NCBI RefSeq assembly: GCF_006345805.1
Contig: NC_043004.1
Location: forward strand, 96,100,001 to 96,164,000
Reading direction: 5' to 3'
Origin: Octopus sinensis
Taxonomy: Eukaryota
DNA: 64,000 nucleotides
Shown here: positions 1 to 11,652 of the stretch, piece after piece
Layout: each line of letters opens with the position of its first letter
Numbering within the stretch: the first letter of the stretch is position 1
Made by a program: the position numbers and the translations under genes
The notes under the pieces: generated by a model
Seen by the model: only the letters and a program-made list of their open reading frames with translations
Databases searched by the model: none
What the model was told of the DNA's origin: nothing

Positions 1-75
1 GTAATCGACTTAATCTCTCTTTGTCCTTGTATGTCCCCTCTCTGTTTAGCCCCCTGTGGATAATAACGAAATAAA
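1..75 (+). mobile_element. SINE family B, 3' tail fragment (window edge)
   Basis: gtaatcgacttaat...tttagccccctgtggataataacgaaata matches the 3' end of the full copy at 37307-37537. Confidence 0.8.
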
Positions 76-507
76 TATCATTACATACATTTTTTTTTCT
101 TTTGCATTTTTGCATGCATGCCATTAGGATGATTTTGATAAACCACTTTGGAAATCCAGTTGGACAAAACATCAATGAAAGAATAGCTCATGTGTGATTG
201 CATCTATATTTGGATAAACAGAGAACAATCATCACAGCTTGTTTTGCAAACTTAATGGTCTTTGGTTATCAATGCATGCAGACGTCAACGGTATAATAAA
301 ACACATGCTTCTAAAACTAAAGGTTTCCATCCTCCTGAGGCCAGTGAACTTTAATCATGGTGACAGATGCATACCAAATAGATTGGCACCATTTATGACT
401 TTAGATGACACCATATGGTTGAATGTGAAATACACCTGGATTTCTTAGCTTTGCATTCTGAAAAAATGAAATCTAGAAAATATAAAATTATTTAAGAGAA
501 GATTGGT

Positions 508-735
508 TAACTCTTTTGATACCAACCCACCTGAGACCCCCCCCCCCTGGTTCTATGATACAAATTTCCTTGCTTTGAACTTATCTAGATTAAAATCGTT
601 CATTAAAATTTCCTATTAATTTAGGTTCCAAATACTGGCTTATTAATTACAATTTTAACTTATGAAATTCATCACTATTTTCAAAAATAATTGAAACAAG
701 GGCACAATATTTGAAAAGAAATGGTAACAATGGTT
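508..735. mobile_element. Diverged TTAA-flanked (piggyBac-like) MITE
   Basis: Starts ttaa-ctcttttgatacc; its right end (aataattgaaacaag...aaatggtaacaa) resembles the reverse complement of the left end of the 54771-55432 MITE. Confidence 0.5.
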
Positions 736-851
736 CCAAGTTCAGCTCCATTGTGTGACAACTTGGGCTGGTGGTGATTTTTACTATAGCCTCGGGCCAA
801 CCAAAACCTTGCGAGTGGATTTGGTAGATGAAAACTGAAAGAAGCCTGCCG

Positions 852-896
<45 letters not shown>

Positions 897-1180
897 CGCT
901 TTGTGTCTGTGTTTGTTCTCTCACTACCACGCAACAATCAATGTTGCTGTGTTGGTGTCAGTGTTTGTCCTCCCACCACAGTTTGACAACTGGTGTTGGT
1001 TTGTTTGAATCCCCTTAAGGTAGAGTTTCAGCAAAAGAGACCAATAGGCATGAGTACAAGGCTTTTAAAAGCAAAATAACTGAGGTTGAGTCATTGGACT
1101 TCAAAAAACAAAAAAAAAAACAAAAAAATCCGAGACAGTGCCCCAACATTTGCTGCAGTTCAATGACTAAAACAAACAAA
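731..1180 (+). mobile_element. SINE family A, diverged copy
   Basis: Contains gagtggatttggtagatgaaaactgaaagaagcc, an internal (TA)n(TG)n tract and the cagcaaaagagacc motif shared with other family A copies. Confidence 0.8.
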
Positions 1181-1332
1181 AATAAAAGATAAAATGGTTT
1201 AAAATGTTTCTTGTGACTTTTGATAAAGCTTAAATGTGGATTTGTACATAGAACTTCAAGCAAACACTATGCAAGCTCACATAAGATGCTTTGTAAGGTG
1301 GCGAGCTGGCAGAATTGTTAGCACGCTGGACG

Positions 1333-1725
1333 AAATCAAATCAAATCAAATCAAAATCGAAATCAATCAACATCAATGGAATTTGTAGTTTGTGGTACCA
1401 GTGCCAGTGGCACATAAGAGAACCATCCGAACGTGGCTGTAGCCAGCACCGTATCGACTGGCCTCCGTGCCGGTGGCACGTAAAAAGCATCATCCGAGCA
1501 TGGCCGTTCGCCAGCCTCGTCTGGCACCTGTGTTGGTGGCACATAAAAAGCACCCACTACACTCACGGAGTGGTTGGCGTTAGGAAGGGCATCCAGCTGT
1601 AGAAACACTGCCAGATCTGACTGGCCTGGTGCAGCCTTCGGGCTTCCCAGACCCCAGTTGAACCATCCAATCCATGCTAGCATGGAAAGCAGACGTTAAA
1701 CGATGATGATGATGATGATGATGAT
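1333..1725 (+). mobile_element. SINE family C (internal tggcacgtaaaaagcac repeats, (GAT)n tail)
   Basis: ggagtggttggcgttaggaagggcatccagctgtagaaac core and gacgttaaac(gat)n end; preceded by a 37-bp SINE B head at 1296-1332. Confidence 0.8.
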
Positions 1726-1886
1726 GGGCTTCTTTCAGTTTCTGTCGACCAAATCCACTCATAAAGCTTTTGTCAGTTCAAGGCTATAGTAGAAGACACT
1801 TGCCCAAGGTGCCATACAGTGGGACTGAACCTGGAACCATGTCATTGGGAAGCAAGCTTCTTACCACACAGCCACTCCTGCACCTA
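1726..1886 (-). mobile_element. SINE family A, 5' half
   Basis: Reverse complement of the aggtgcaggagtggctgtgtggtaag...ctgaaagaagccc head. Confidence 0.85.
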
Positions 1887-1889
1887 CAT

Positions 1890-2350
1890 ATCATCATCAT
1901 CATCATTGTTTAACGTCCGCTTTCCATGCTAGCATGGATTGGACGATTTGACTAAGGACTGGCGAACCAGATGGCTGCACCAGGCTCCAATCTGATCTGG
2001 CAGAGTTTCTACAGCTGAATGTGCCCTTCTTAACGCCAACCACTCTGTGAGTGTAGTGGGTGCTTTTACGTGCCACTGGCCTGAGGACCAGCCAGGCGGT
2101 ACTGGCAACGGCAACACTCAAGTGGTGTTTTTTATGTGCCACCAGCACAGGAGCCAGTCCAGCAGCACTGGAAAGAACCTCGCTCAAATGTTTTTTACGT
2201 GCCACCGACACATGTACCAGTAAGGCAACGCTGGTAACAATCACATTTGAATGGTGCTTTTTACATTCCACTAGCATGGAAGCCAGTCAGCTCTGGCAGC
2301 GATCACACTCGGATGGTGCTCTTACTGCTCCACTGGCACGGGTGCCAGAT
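1890..2350 (-). mobile_element. SINE family C
   Basis: (cat)n-gtttaacgtccgctttccatgctagcatgg start and several ttttacgtgccac repeats; reverse complement of 1333-1725. Confidence 0.8.
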
Positions 2351-2624
2351 ACCTTAATCAAATGATGGTTACATCGTTGTCAAAGGTTTCCATGTTAACA
2401 TGCTGGAGATTTGATAAGAAATGCATGGAAACCACAGAATGAGAGAACAAAAGGGAAAGCATATGTGAGAAGAAATAATATGTGAGTGGGTAAATATCTA
2501 AACTTGTAAAGGAAAAGACCAATATGAATTAAAGAAAAGAAGTTGGAAACAAGTGGGGGTAAAAATTTTGCATTATAGAAGCTGGCTGATGACACTGTAA
2601 CCTTCATTTATCTAAGGTATCTTT

Positions 2625-2708
2625 GGCCTGATGAGTAGCTAGCAGAGTACCCCGTGTTTAGGTAAGTACTACTTTCGAGATTCTGCTAGCTAGGAAACAT
2701 ATGTAGCC
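2625..2708 (+). ncRNA. Type I hammerhead ribozyme motif (long helix II; 11.1 C>G lesion)
   Basis: ggc CTGATGA g tagctagcagagt ... attctgctagcta g GAAAC ATAT GTA gcc: 13-bp helix II, palindromic helix-III loop, GUA site, ggc/gcc helix I. Confidence 0.8.
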
Positions 2709-3006
2709 TGGATTTTATTTACTCCATTCCCTAAATATGGATTTTTATTTGCATACAGAGCTATCCCAGTTGCTAAGCATGATCTATAACATAACCTTTT
2801 CCAGTTTATCAAACTTTGATAAGAGAAAAACTTACAACCTTCTGCTTCAATAAACAACAATTGTTCCTGAAGTTGTTTGTTATACCTTCTATGGACTGCT
2901 TGAAGCTTACTACCTTCCTACAGCTTGCTCCTTACATCTTATCTTTACACACACAAATATATCTATATATCTATCTATCTATATATATATATACATAATA
3001 ATAATG

Positions 3007-3069
<63 letters not shown>

Positions 3070-3449
3070 TAATAATAATAATGGGTAAAATTAATTAATT
3101 AATTAATAATTAATAATTTTATCAAGTAGTTCAGTATGTTAAAAGAACCATTATCGGTAAACTTATACAAAATTTCTATAATTATGGGTATAATTATAAT
3201 TAGGGTTCAGCAAAAATTTGCTTCACCACATACCGAAATTTAGAAATAGCAGTTAAAACTACCTATTTCACTACCATAAGAAAATTTCCCAGACAGCAAT
3301 ACTCAACAATTCATGCAGGCGAAGAGAAAAAAAATAACGAATCTACCCTGCTTTGATTAACTCTATACGTGTTTTGGAGTTAGAGAGATGTGATAATTAT
3401 AATTATACTCATAATTATAGAATTTATATAATATATATATATATATTAT

Positions 3450-3486
<37 letters not shown>

Positions 3487-4464
3487 GCTTGATGCACACA
3501 TACACACACACATGCACACAACAACGTAGCTTATTAGAGAAAGAAACACAGAATGTATATGTTTCATACAAGTGTAAACTCTCAGATTTATCAGAGAATG
3601 CACTAATTGTGGTCATTCCTAGTCCATTTATATTATTGAAATGAATTGGCCTCCACCGGGAATTGAAATTGGATTGCATAGACAGACAGTTCTCACTTGT
3701 CTTGTAACTCTACTCTTTGGCATGTCAATATGCCAAACCAAACTACAAACCCAATACTGATGAAAAAAAAAAATTAAAAAATATTGTAAAAAAGAAAGAC
3801 AAAAGCCAAAGAAGAAAGAAAAAATACTAGAGAACTAAAACATGATGTAATGAAGAAATTGAACAAATTTCAAAATCTTTTTCTGCCCAATTGTTTTAAA
3901 TGTCTGGCTTAAATGACTGAATCAGATATTTTTGGCAAAAAGTAAAATAAAAACAGCTGCTGGAGGACAAAATGGGTTGTCAGAGGATTAAAATTCAGAA
4001 GAGAAAACAATTAGAAGACATGGTGTGGCGATAGTGGGGACAAGAAAGCAATTTTATTGTGTAATCTGTTCATTGAATCATGTAATAGAATGTAGTGTAT
4101 GTTATAATTGTTTTATAGATTAGCCTACACACTTGATATATGAGTGTGTCTCTATGTGTATATATATATATGTACGGATATATATAAATGCATGTATATA
4201 TACATACACACACACACGTACACTCACCCCCTCACATATATAGCACATACATGCAAACATATATGTACATATATACATTGTGTGTGTGTATATATATATA
4301 TATATGTATATGTATAAATGTGTGTATATTTGTATGTATATATATATATATATACCTACATGCAAACATAGGCAGATACAGATTTATTTATATGCATTTT
4401 TATATATATTTGTATATACATGCTTTAGAAGAGTGCGTGCTCTCTATACATGCTTGTGTATTTG

Positions 4465-4504
<40 letters not shown>

Positions 4505-4861
4505 GATATGCATGTGTGTGTATGTATACATTTTCATCATATGAGCTTATAATAAAGAAGTTTGCTTCATAACTATGAGATCTCCATATTCAACCTAGCT
4601 ATATCGTATTTACCAAAGCTTCCAGGAATGTAATCCTCAGGTAGAATAAGCTTGAAGGCACATTTGACAAGGGGAAAACCTTTGAATCCCAAGTAAGCCT
4701 ACTCTGTAAACTTGTGAACACAATTGGGTTGACTCAAATAAGAAACCTGTTGGCTGACTCTACTTGGAAATCAAAGGGGCGAACTTTCACACATACTTTC
4801 AAGCTTATTCTGTCCGAGGATTACTTTAAGAATAGAAACATCATTAGAATACTCCACCACA

Positions 4862-5166
4862 TCTTTATATATAAAAGTGAAGTTGTGTGAGAGTCTGTCT
4901 ACTCCGATTTACATTCTTAACTACTCCCACATTTTGCGGTGCAGTTTAACCAAAAGCGGGTATCTTATAGTCGTGATTCATATCGAGCCCTTCTGGGTAT
5001 TAGCACGTGTCTACGATGAGTCTACGATTTAAAAAAAATATTACCATAATTTTTCCGCATTTTTAATGCATTTTTTGCTCGGTTTATATAAGGGAAGTAA
5101 CTCTCTAAAAATACTTATATAGTTATTTCCCTAACAAACCCGAGCAACGCCGGGCGATACTGCTAG
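4862..5166 (+). mobile_element. Non-autonomous Helitron
   Basis: 5' TC, subterminal hairpin cccgagcaacgccggg, 3' CTAG, inserted between A and T; two further copies in the window. Confidence 0.9.
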
Positions 5167-5240
5167 TTTAGTATAATTCAATTAGTAGACAGTTAAGTTG
5201 ACCAAAATATTTTAATACTTACATTCAAAACCATTTTATT

Positions 5241-5461
5241 TTAATCCGTTTGCATTCAGATTGCACTGTCAAATGTAATGCTTTATTTATACACATTGCT
5301 TCGAATTTATCAGGCATAATGTGGTAGCTTTGAAATTTTCCTGGTTGACGTTTAGAATGGCATTGTGAAATAAGTGTGAGAGGCCAGATCTAGCCAGTTT
5401 CAGCAGAAAACAGAAAGAATATTTGAGCCTGATATGACCAGTTCAAATGCTAAAGGACTAA
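5241..5461. mobile_element. Diverged TTAA-type MITE
   Basis: Imperfect terminal inverted repeats ttaatccgtttgcatt / aatgctaaaggactaa. Confidence 0.5.
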
Positions 5462-5568
5462 ATATAATTTGTCCTTTAGTGTCAATAATGACCAAGAATT
5501 AAATATGGTTCTATATCTACTCTATTTAATGAGGCCTGCATGTTTGGTCTGTTTGGGAAGGTGTACCA

Positions 5569-5744
5569 TCATCATCGTCATTGTTCGACCGTGGTTGAGA
5601 CAATGGAATTTACCATGCTACGCCAGACTTCACAGTCCATCATAGCATTACGGAGGTCCTGTTGCTGGATGCCTGTATCCCTGGAGATTACATCAGGATA
5701 GGAGAGTGTGCGCCCTCTGGTACTGCGAGTAGATGGCTTCCAGA
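5569..5744 (-). mobile_element. RTE-clade LINE, short 5'-truncated 3' end
   Basis: Near-identical to 9250-9429; (GAT)n tail; 13-bp TSD ggaaggtgtacca at 5556-5568 and 5745-5757. Confidence 0.9.
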
Positions 5745-6525
5745 GGAAGGTGTACCACTTGAGCACTTGTCGCACTAGCTTTGAAGTACAGGAATTTGGG
5801 GCACTATTGAAATATACTATATCAAAGCTTTATCAGTTTTTGACAAACAACACCCAGGAGTAAGCCACAATATTTACACATTTGAGTATATATCTGTATA
5901 TATCTGTCTGTCTGTGTCTGTTTGGCCCTTTCTCTCTCTCTCAACATACACACACATACGAGTAAGTAGACACACACATACGAGTAAGTAGACAAATAAA
6001 AGACTTTTCAATGATGTTTATAAATGACCTGGCCCTGAGTGCCTCTAACTGTCTTTTTACATGCTTATTTCTTACTTAATATATTCATTTTTCTTTTTGT
6101 CACTTGTGTGTGGCTTTTCTTGCATTTGTTCGTTATTGTATGTATAGAATTACAGTCTGAAGTGGGGTCATGTAGTGAGTCAAGAAAGCCATTATTTGTT
6201 GCCGCGGATCGGCATAGTTGTGCTTTGGCAACTGTAACCAATCAGAGCTGGTTGTGTACCTTTAAAAGCAGCAGTCATCAGCCCAGCAGGAGCGCACCTT
6301 TTGGCGATCAGTCAGTAGAAGACCTCGTCACCACACCTGTCAGCAAACTGATTTCCACAAACGTCTGCGGACAGATCTCCTCAACCGACAGCTCTTGACA
6401 TTTCACACTAGTCTTTCCCCTGAGCCCTACATATACACACTCACTTTTCTCAGCACTTGTCAACAATGCAAATAAAACTACTATGCTCCATTATCAATAA
6501 ACATGTCTTCTGACATTTATCTCTA

Positions 6526-6922
6526 CGTAGGAATGGCTGTGTGGTAATTAGCTTGCTGACCAACCACATGGTTCCGGGTTCAGTCCCACTGCGTGGCATC
6601 TTGGGCAAGTGTCTTCTACTATGGCCTCGGGCCGCCCAAAGCCTTGTGAGTGGATTTGGTAGACAGAAACTGAAAGAAGCCCGTCGTATATAGGAATATA
6701 TATATGTGTGTGTGTATGTTTGTGTTTCTGTGTTTGTCACCCTAGCATTGCTTGACAACCTATGCTGGTGTGTTTACGTTGCCGTCACCTAGCGGTTCGG
6801 CAAAAGAGATCGATAGAATAAGTACTGGGCTTCCAAAGAGTAAGTCCCGGGGTCGATTTGCTCGACTAAAGGCTGTGCTCCAGCATGGCCGCTGTCAAAT
6901 GACTGAAACAAGTAAAAGAGAG
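6526..6922 (+). mobile_element. SINE family A (tRNA-like head, CORE-like cttgggcaagtgtctt, internal microsatellite)
   Basis: Full-length match to other family A copies; A/B-box-like tggctgtgtgg / gggttcagtccc. Confidence 0.9.
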
Positions 6923-7223
6923 TACAGAGTATACACTTCATTCCACGTTATATTCGTGGCATTGTTACATTCGAACACGTTACATCCAACATCGTTACAG
7001 TTTTATGATTTGTGGTTGCTCAATATATTACAAGCAGCAGTTAACTCTTCTTCAAATTACTCTTTAGTGTCTTGGAAAATTATTCATTGTATAATATAAT
7101 CTTTGATAAATTTTATTTGAATAAAGAATGGAAAATTCTTTGTGGGAATGTCTTTGATTATAGGTTTATTTGATCTTACTTGAAACTATAACTGCAGCTT
7201 CTGTAGGGAGGCATTTAGTTAGT

Positions 7224-7432
7224 ATCATCATCATCCTCCTCCTCCTCCTCATCATCATCATTTAACGTCTGTTTTCCGTGCTGGCATGGGTTGGATGGTT
7301 TGACCGAAAACTGGTAAGCTGGGGAGCTGCATCAGATTCCACTCTGATGTGACAAGGTTTCTACGGCTGGATGCCCTTCCTAATGCCAACCACTCCGTGA
7401 GTGTAGTGGGTGTTTTCAATGTGCCACCAGCA
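7224..7432 (-). mobile_element. SINE family C, 3' part
   Basis: tttaacgtctgttttccgtgctggcatggg...ggatgcccttcctaatgccaaccactccgtgagtgtagtggg. Confidence 0.85.
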
Positions 7433-8027
7433 CGTATCTGCATATAAATGATTGCCTGTCTGCAGAAACTGCAGCTAAATACACTTCCCTCTAATAGCAT
7501 CTTATTTGCTATTATAGTAAAAGGAAGGACACATTGTGTAATGCAATCCTAGATACACTGTCTGGAAATAAAGAAAAAAGACAGACTGATTATATTTGGA
7601 ATACGTTTAATCTTAAGCTTTCTCATTTATGAGCAGATATTAGGCTAAACACAATCAATGACAACAGGAACAGCAGCCACAGAAATATCAACAACAGCAG
7701 CAGCAGTGGTGGCACATTGGGCTGCAGAATCAGTTTGACCAATGTTAATTTCTCAATGTTATTTTTGAGGTTCACATTCGTGTTTCTCTTTTGTTCATTT
7801 TTCAAGGTTTCCTTCGCATTTATATTGTATTTGTCCTCCGCTGATTTACTTTTTATATCTTGTACAGTCACTGGCAACTTCTGATGAAATTACATATAAC
7901 GTTTTTAATTTCCTTTTCTGATTGTAATGTGGCTATCACCGCATCTTCCAGCGGTTCCGCATTCTTCAGAATTAGTCTGGATAAGCCATCCGCATGGCAA
8001 ATTTTCTTAGAAGGAATGTACTCCAAC

Positions 8028-8369
8028 TTAAATTTGTAATTTTAAAATATTGTACCCCCAGGGTTGTAATCTGTTAGCTGAATGGGTGGGAATTCCTTTC
8101 TTCGAGCCAAAAATTGATAGTAACTGTCGAGGGTTCGTCTGAACCCAAAAACTTCTACAGTGGAGAAATCTGTGAAATTTCTTCACGGTAAAAATAATCA
8201 CTAGAGTTTCTTTCTGTATCTGACTGTAGCTTTTTCTGCTGCAATCAGGGCACGTGAGGCGTGAGCCACCGCCATTATATTTGTGTAACAAAACTGCGCC
8301 TACGACGTATTCAGAAGCGTCAGAAGCTATAAGAATCTCAACTGCAGGATCGAAATGACTTATCCACAA
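8028..8369 (-). pseudogene. Gypsy pol RNase H remnant
   Basis: IASDASEYVVGAVLLH...YSQIQKETLVIIFTVKKFHRFL...SANRLQPW. Confidence 0.9.
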
Positions 8370-8938
8370 ATCCGAATTTAATACTTTTTCAATTTCCTCA
8401 AAGGCCTTTTGACAGTTATTTGACCAATTCTAATATGGCGTTTTCTTTAGCAAATTATTAAGTGGCGCTCTCAATTCATACATGTTTGGTATGTAATTAT
8501 GATAATAGTTCGTTAGGCCAAGAAAAGCTTGTTATGTCGCTATGTTAGTTGGTGGGGAGGCATATTTTTAATTGCGTCTGCCCTCGATGGGTCAGGTCGT
8601 CTTCCATTTTTATCTATAATTTGTCCGAAATATTTAATATTAGGCAAAAAGAATTCACATTTCTCCTTACTGAATGTGAACCCATAATCTATCATCTTTT
8701 TAAAAAAACACACTCCACATGTTCGATATGCTGTTCACGATTCACTTTTAATTAATACATCATCGAGGTATGGAATTGAAAATTGTCTCCGCCAACATTG
8801 CATCCATTACCTGTTGAAATATTGCAGGTATGACCTTCAGACCAAACGGCAATGCGACCTTCAGACCAAATAGCAATCTATTATATTCGTTTAGTTATTT
8901 GTGCGTATTCAGTTAGAAGCTTCGAGTATTCCTCGACT

Positions 8939-9429
8939 GTAATGACATGCATAAGATCTGGTCATCAAATCTTAGTAGAGACTTCAAACTTGAAATCTTC
9001 AAAGCCACAGTCGAACCAATTCTACTATATGGCTCAAAAACCTGGACGTTATCAAAGAAGCTTGAGAGGCGGTTGGATGGAACCTACACTGGCCTCCTTA
9101 TGAGAGTTCAAAATCTCTCGTGGAAGCGCCATCCAACCAAAAGGCAAATATATGGGAAATTGCCACCTGTGTCATCTCTTGTGAAAGGTAGGAGAGTCCA
9201 GTTTGCTGGACATTGTTGTAGAGCTGAAAAAGAGGTAATTTCTACTCTTCTCCTCTGGAAGCCATCTACTCGCAATACCAGAAGGCGCACACTCTCCTAC
9301 CCTGATGTAATCTCCTGGGATACAGGCATCCAGCAACAGGACCTCCGTAATGCCATGATGGACCGTGAAGTCTGGCGTAGCATGGTAAATTCCATATTTC
9401 TCGACTAAGGTCGAACAATGATGATGATG
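8939..9429 (+). mobile_element. RTE-clade LINE 3' fragment nested in Gypsy RT
   Basis: ORF VEPILLYGSKTWTL..RRLDG..FAGHC..DREVWR; (GAT)n tail; 11-bp TSD attcctcgact at 8928-8938 and 9430-9440. Confidence 0.9.
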
Positions 9430-10303
9430 ATTCCTCGACTACTTTAATTTGTAGATACGCATCAGAGAGTTCCAATTTCGAAAATATTTTGCCACCAAAT
9501 TTTGCAAAAATATCCTCTGGAGTCGGCAGTGGATACAGGCACATTTTTAGACACTCATTCAAACCAGTAGAAAAATCGGAACGCACCCTGACTTCGTTTC
9601 TGTTTTTAATACAAACAGTTAGAATATTCATTTTTTAAAAATAATTTATAATTTTTCCTGGCTGTCAAATTCTTCCTCTATCTGCTTTATCGCAGCAAAT
9701 AGTACTTTTTTGTTGGGTTTGAATATAGTTACGACGTTTTCCTTTATTTGAAAACAGGCTTCAGTCTTACAACAGAGACCTAATTTTTCCGACAGCACTT
9801 TAGGTAACAAGTTTTTTAATCTTTTCTTCAATTCAGCCCCTGAGTTATTTTCACTGGTTGGACAGCCATTTATTTTTTACAGGACACACTTATGGGGAGG
9901 TCCCATAAGTCAAACAACTCCAGCTAGTCCGTTCCAAACAGATTGATTGCATTTTTTTATCAGGAATACTTTTGCTCTACAGGTTTTTCTCTGATCTGTG
10001 ATATCACTCCACATTTCGCCTACGATGTGTAGTTTTTCCCCTGTTACGCCTCGTGTAATTTTTATTATTTTTCATAACGTGGGTTTCCCAATTCTTATCC
10101 ACGTGTCAGTATTAATAGTCGAAATGTCACTACCAGTATCTAGTTGTAATTTAGTATTCACTTTGCTCTTTTTGGTGTCGCTTGTACTTTCCTTTGAGAA
10201 AACTGTAACATTTTTGTATTTTGAGGGGACAATCCTTCCTGAAATGTAGGGCTCCACATCCGTAGCATGGGTTGAGTCTTAACATTTTCTTTTGTTTATA
10301 CCT

Positions 10304-10539
10304 ATTTATTTATTACCCACAAGGGGCTAAACACAGAGGGAACAAACAAGGACAGACATAGGTATTAAGTCGATTACATCGACCCCAGTTCGTAACTGGT
10401 ACTTAATTTATCGACCCCGAAAGGATGAAAGGCAAAGTCGACCTCGGCGGAATTTGAAATCACAACGTAACGCAGACGAAATACCGCTAAGCATTTCGCC
10501 CGGCGTGCTAACGTTTCTGCCAGCTCGCCGCCTTACCAC
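10304..10539 (-). mobile_element. SINE family B, full length, nested in Gypsy
   Basis: Reverse complement of 37307-37537; 15-bp TSD cttttgtttatacct at 10289-10303 and 10540-10554. Confidence 0.92.
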
Positions 10540-11320
10540 CTTTTGTTTATACCTTCCAGTCGGCACGGTTGTACTTGTGAGAACTCGTTCTCCTAAATTT
10601 CTCTACGTCATGACATAAGTTTACCAGTCTATGACACTCCTCTTGATCTGTCTGCAGGGTTAAACTTTGGTCTACTTGTTCAAGTTTTGTGAGAATTCTT
10701 GCACGATTCTCCGCATCTTTGTTTGCCGTAAGCCCTTGTACAAAAATGGGGCGCCTAAACATATCAGGAGTTAGTTCCTTCAGTTTAAACCTTTTGCACA
10801 GTCGGTTTACTGTCCCGGCATCCTCTCTTCATCCTTTCTTTTAACTAGATTCCAACACTCTCATCGAGAGTTAAATAGGGAACTCTTATCACTGAATATT
10901 TTTGATAGCAGTTCGACTGTTTCCTGGAAACAAATTTACTTGTTTTTTTTTTGTTTCTTTTGTTTCTTTTTTTTTTGGTAGTATGAAATTATAATATTTT
11001 TCATGTTCAGCCAGCGCTAATTTACGTAATAATAGTCTTACTTTTTCATTGTCCGTCCACGACAAGCAATCATCCTTGAAGATTTCTTCGTACCTTCTAA
11101 AGTACGCTGCAAACTATATACCCTCCTCTCTGTCACAACTGATTTCTTTTATAGAGTTCGAAAACGAACTTATAGTGTTTCTGGACTTCTTAACTGTTGT
11201 AGTTTTCTTGTTGATGAAGTAGTTGTTTCTGCAACTCAACTTGCTGTTATTATCATTATTATTGTTGCTATTATTATTATTATTGTTGCTATTATTATTA
11301 TTGTTATTATTATTGTTATT

Positions 11321-11581
11321 CTATGTTTGACTTTTGCTTTACATTTGTACAAGTTGGCTCCAAGTCTCACCCAGAGACCTCAAGAGACAACAGGTTGGAA
11401 GTTCATGTTGTTGTTATGCCTAGTGTGCCATATATTTGGTTTTGTATTTGGTGTTGTACTAGTGAATGCTTTAAAAAAAACCATACGAAAATTATGTTTG
11501 TTTTAAAACTTGAGATTACATAGAAAGTATTTTGCGTAGGATATGAGCAGTTCCCATGAGCACTATCTTTTGAATTTCTGC

Positions 11582-11585
<4 letters not shown>
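11321..11585 (-). mobile_element. R4/Dong-like LINE, short 3'-end copy
   Basis: Duplicates the last codons (MAEIQKIVLMGTAHILRKILSM) and 3' UTR of the long copy; flanked by (TAA)n on both sides. Confidence 0.88.

Positions 11586-11651
<66 letters not shown>

Positions 11652-11652
<1 letters not shown>

Noticed and set aside
1400-2350. Regularly spaced tggcacgtaaaaagcac repeats suggesting a CRISPR-like array
   Set aside because: Internal tandem units of SINE family C with related spacers; eukaryotic context and no cas genes
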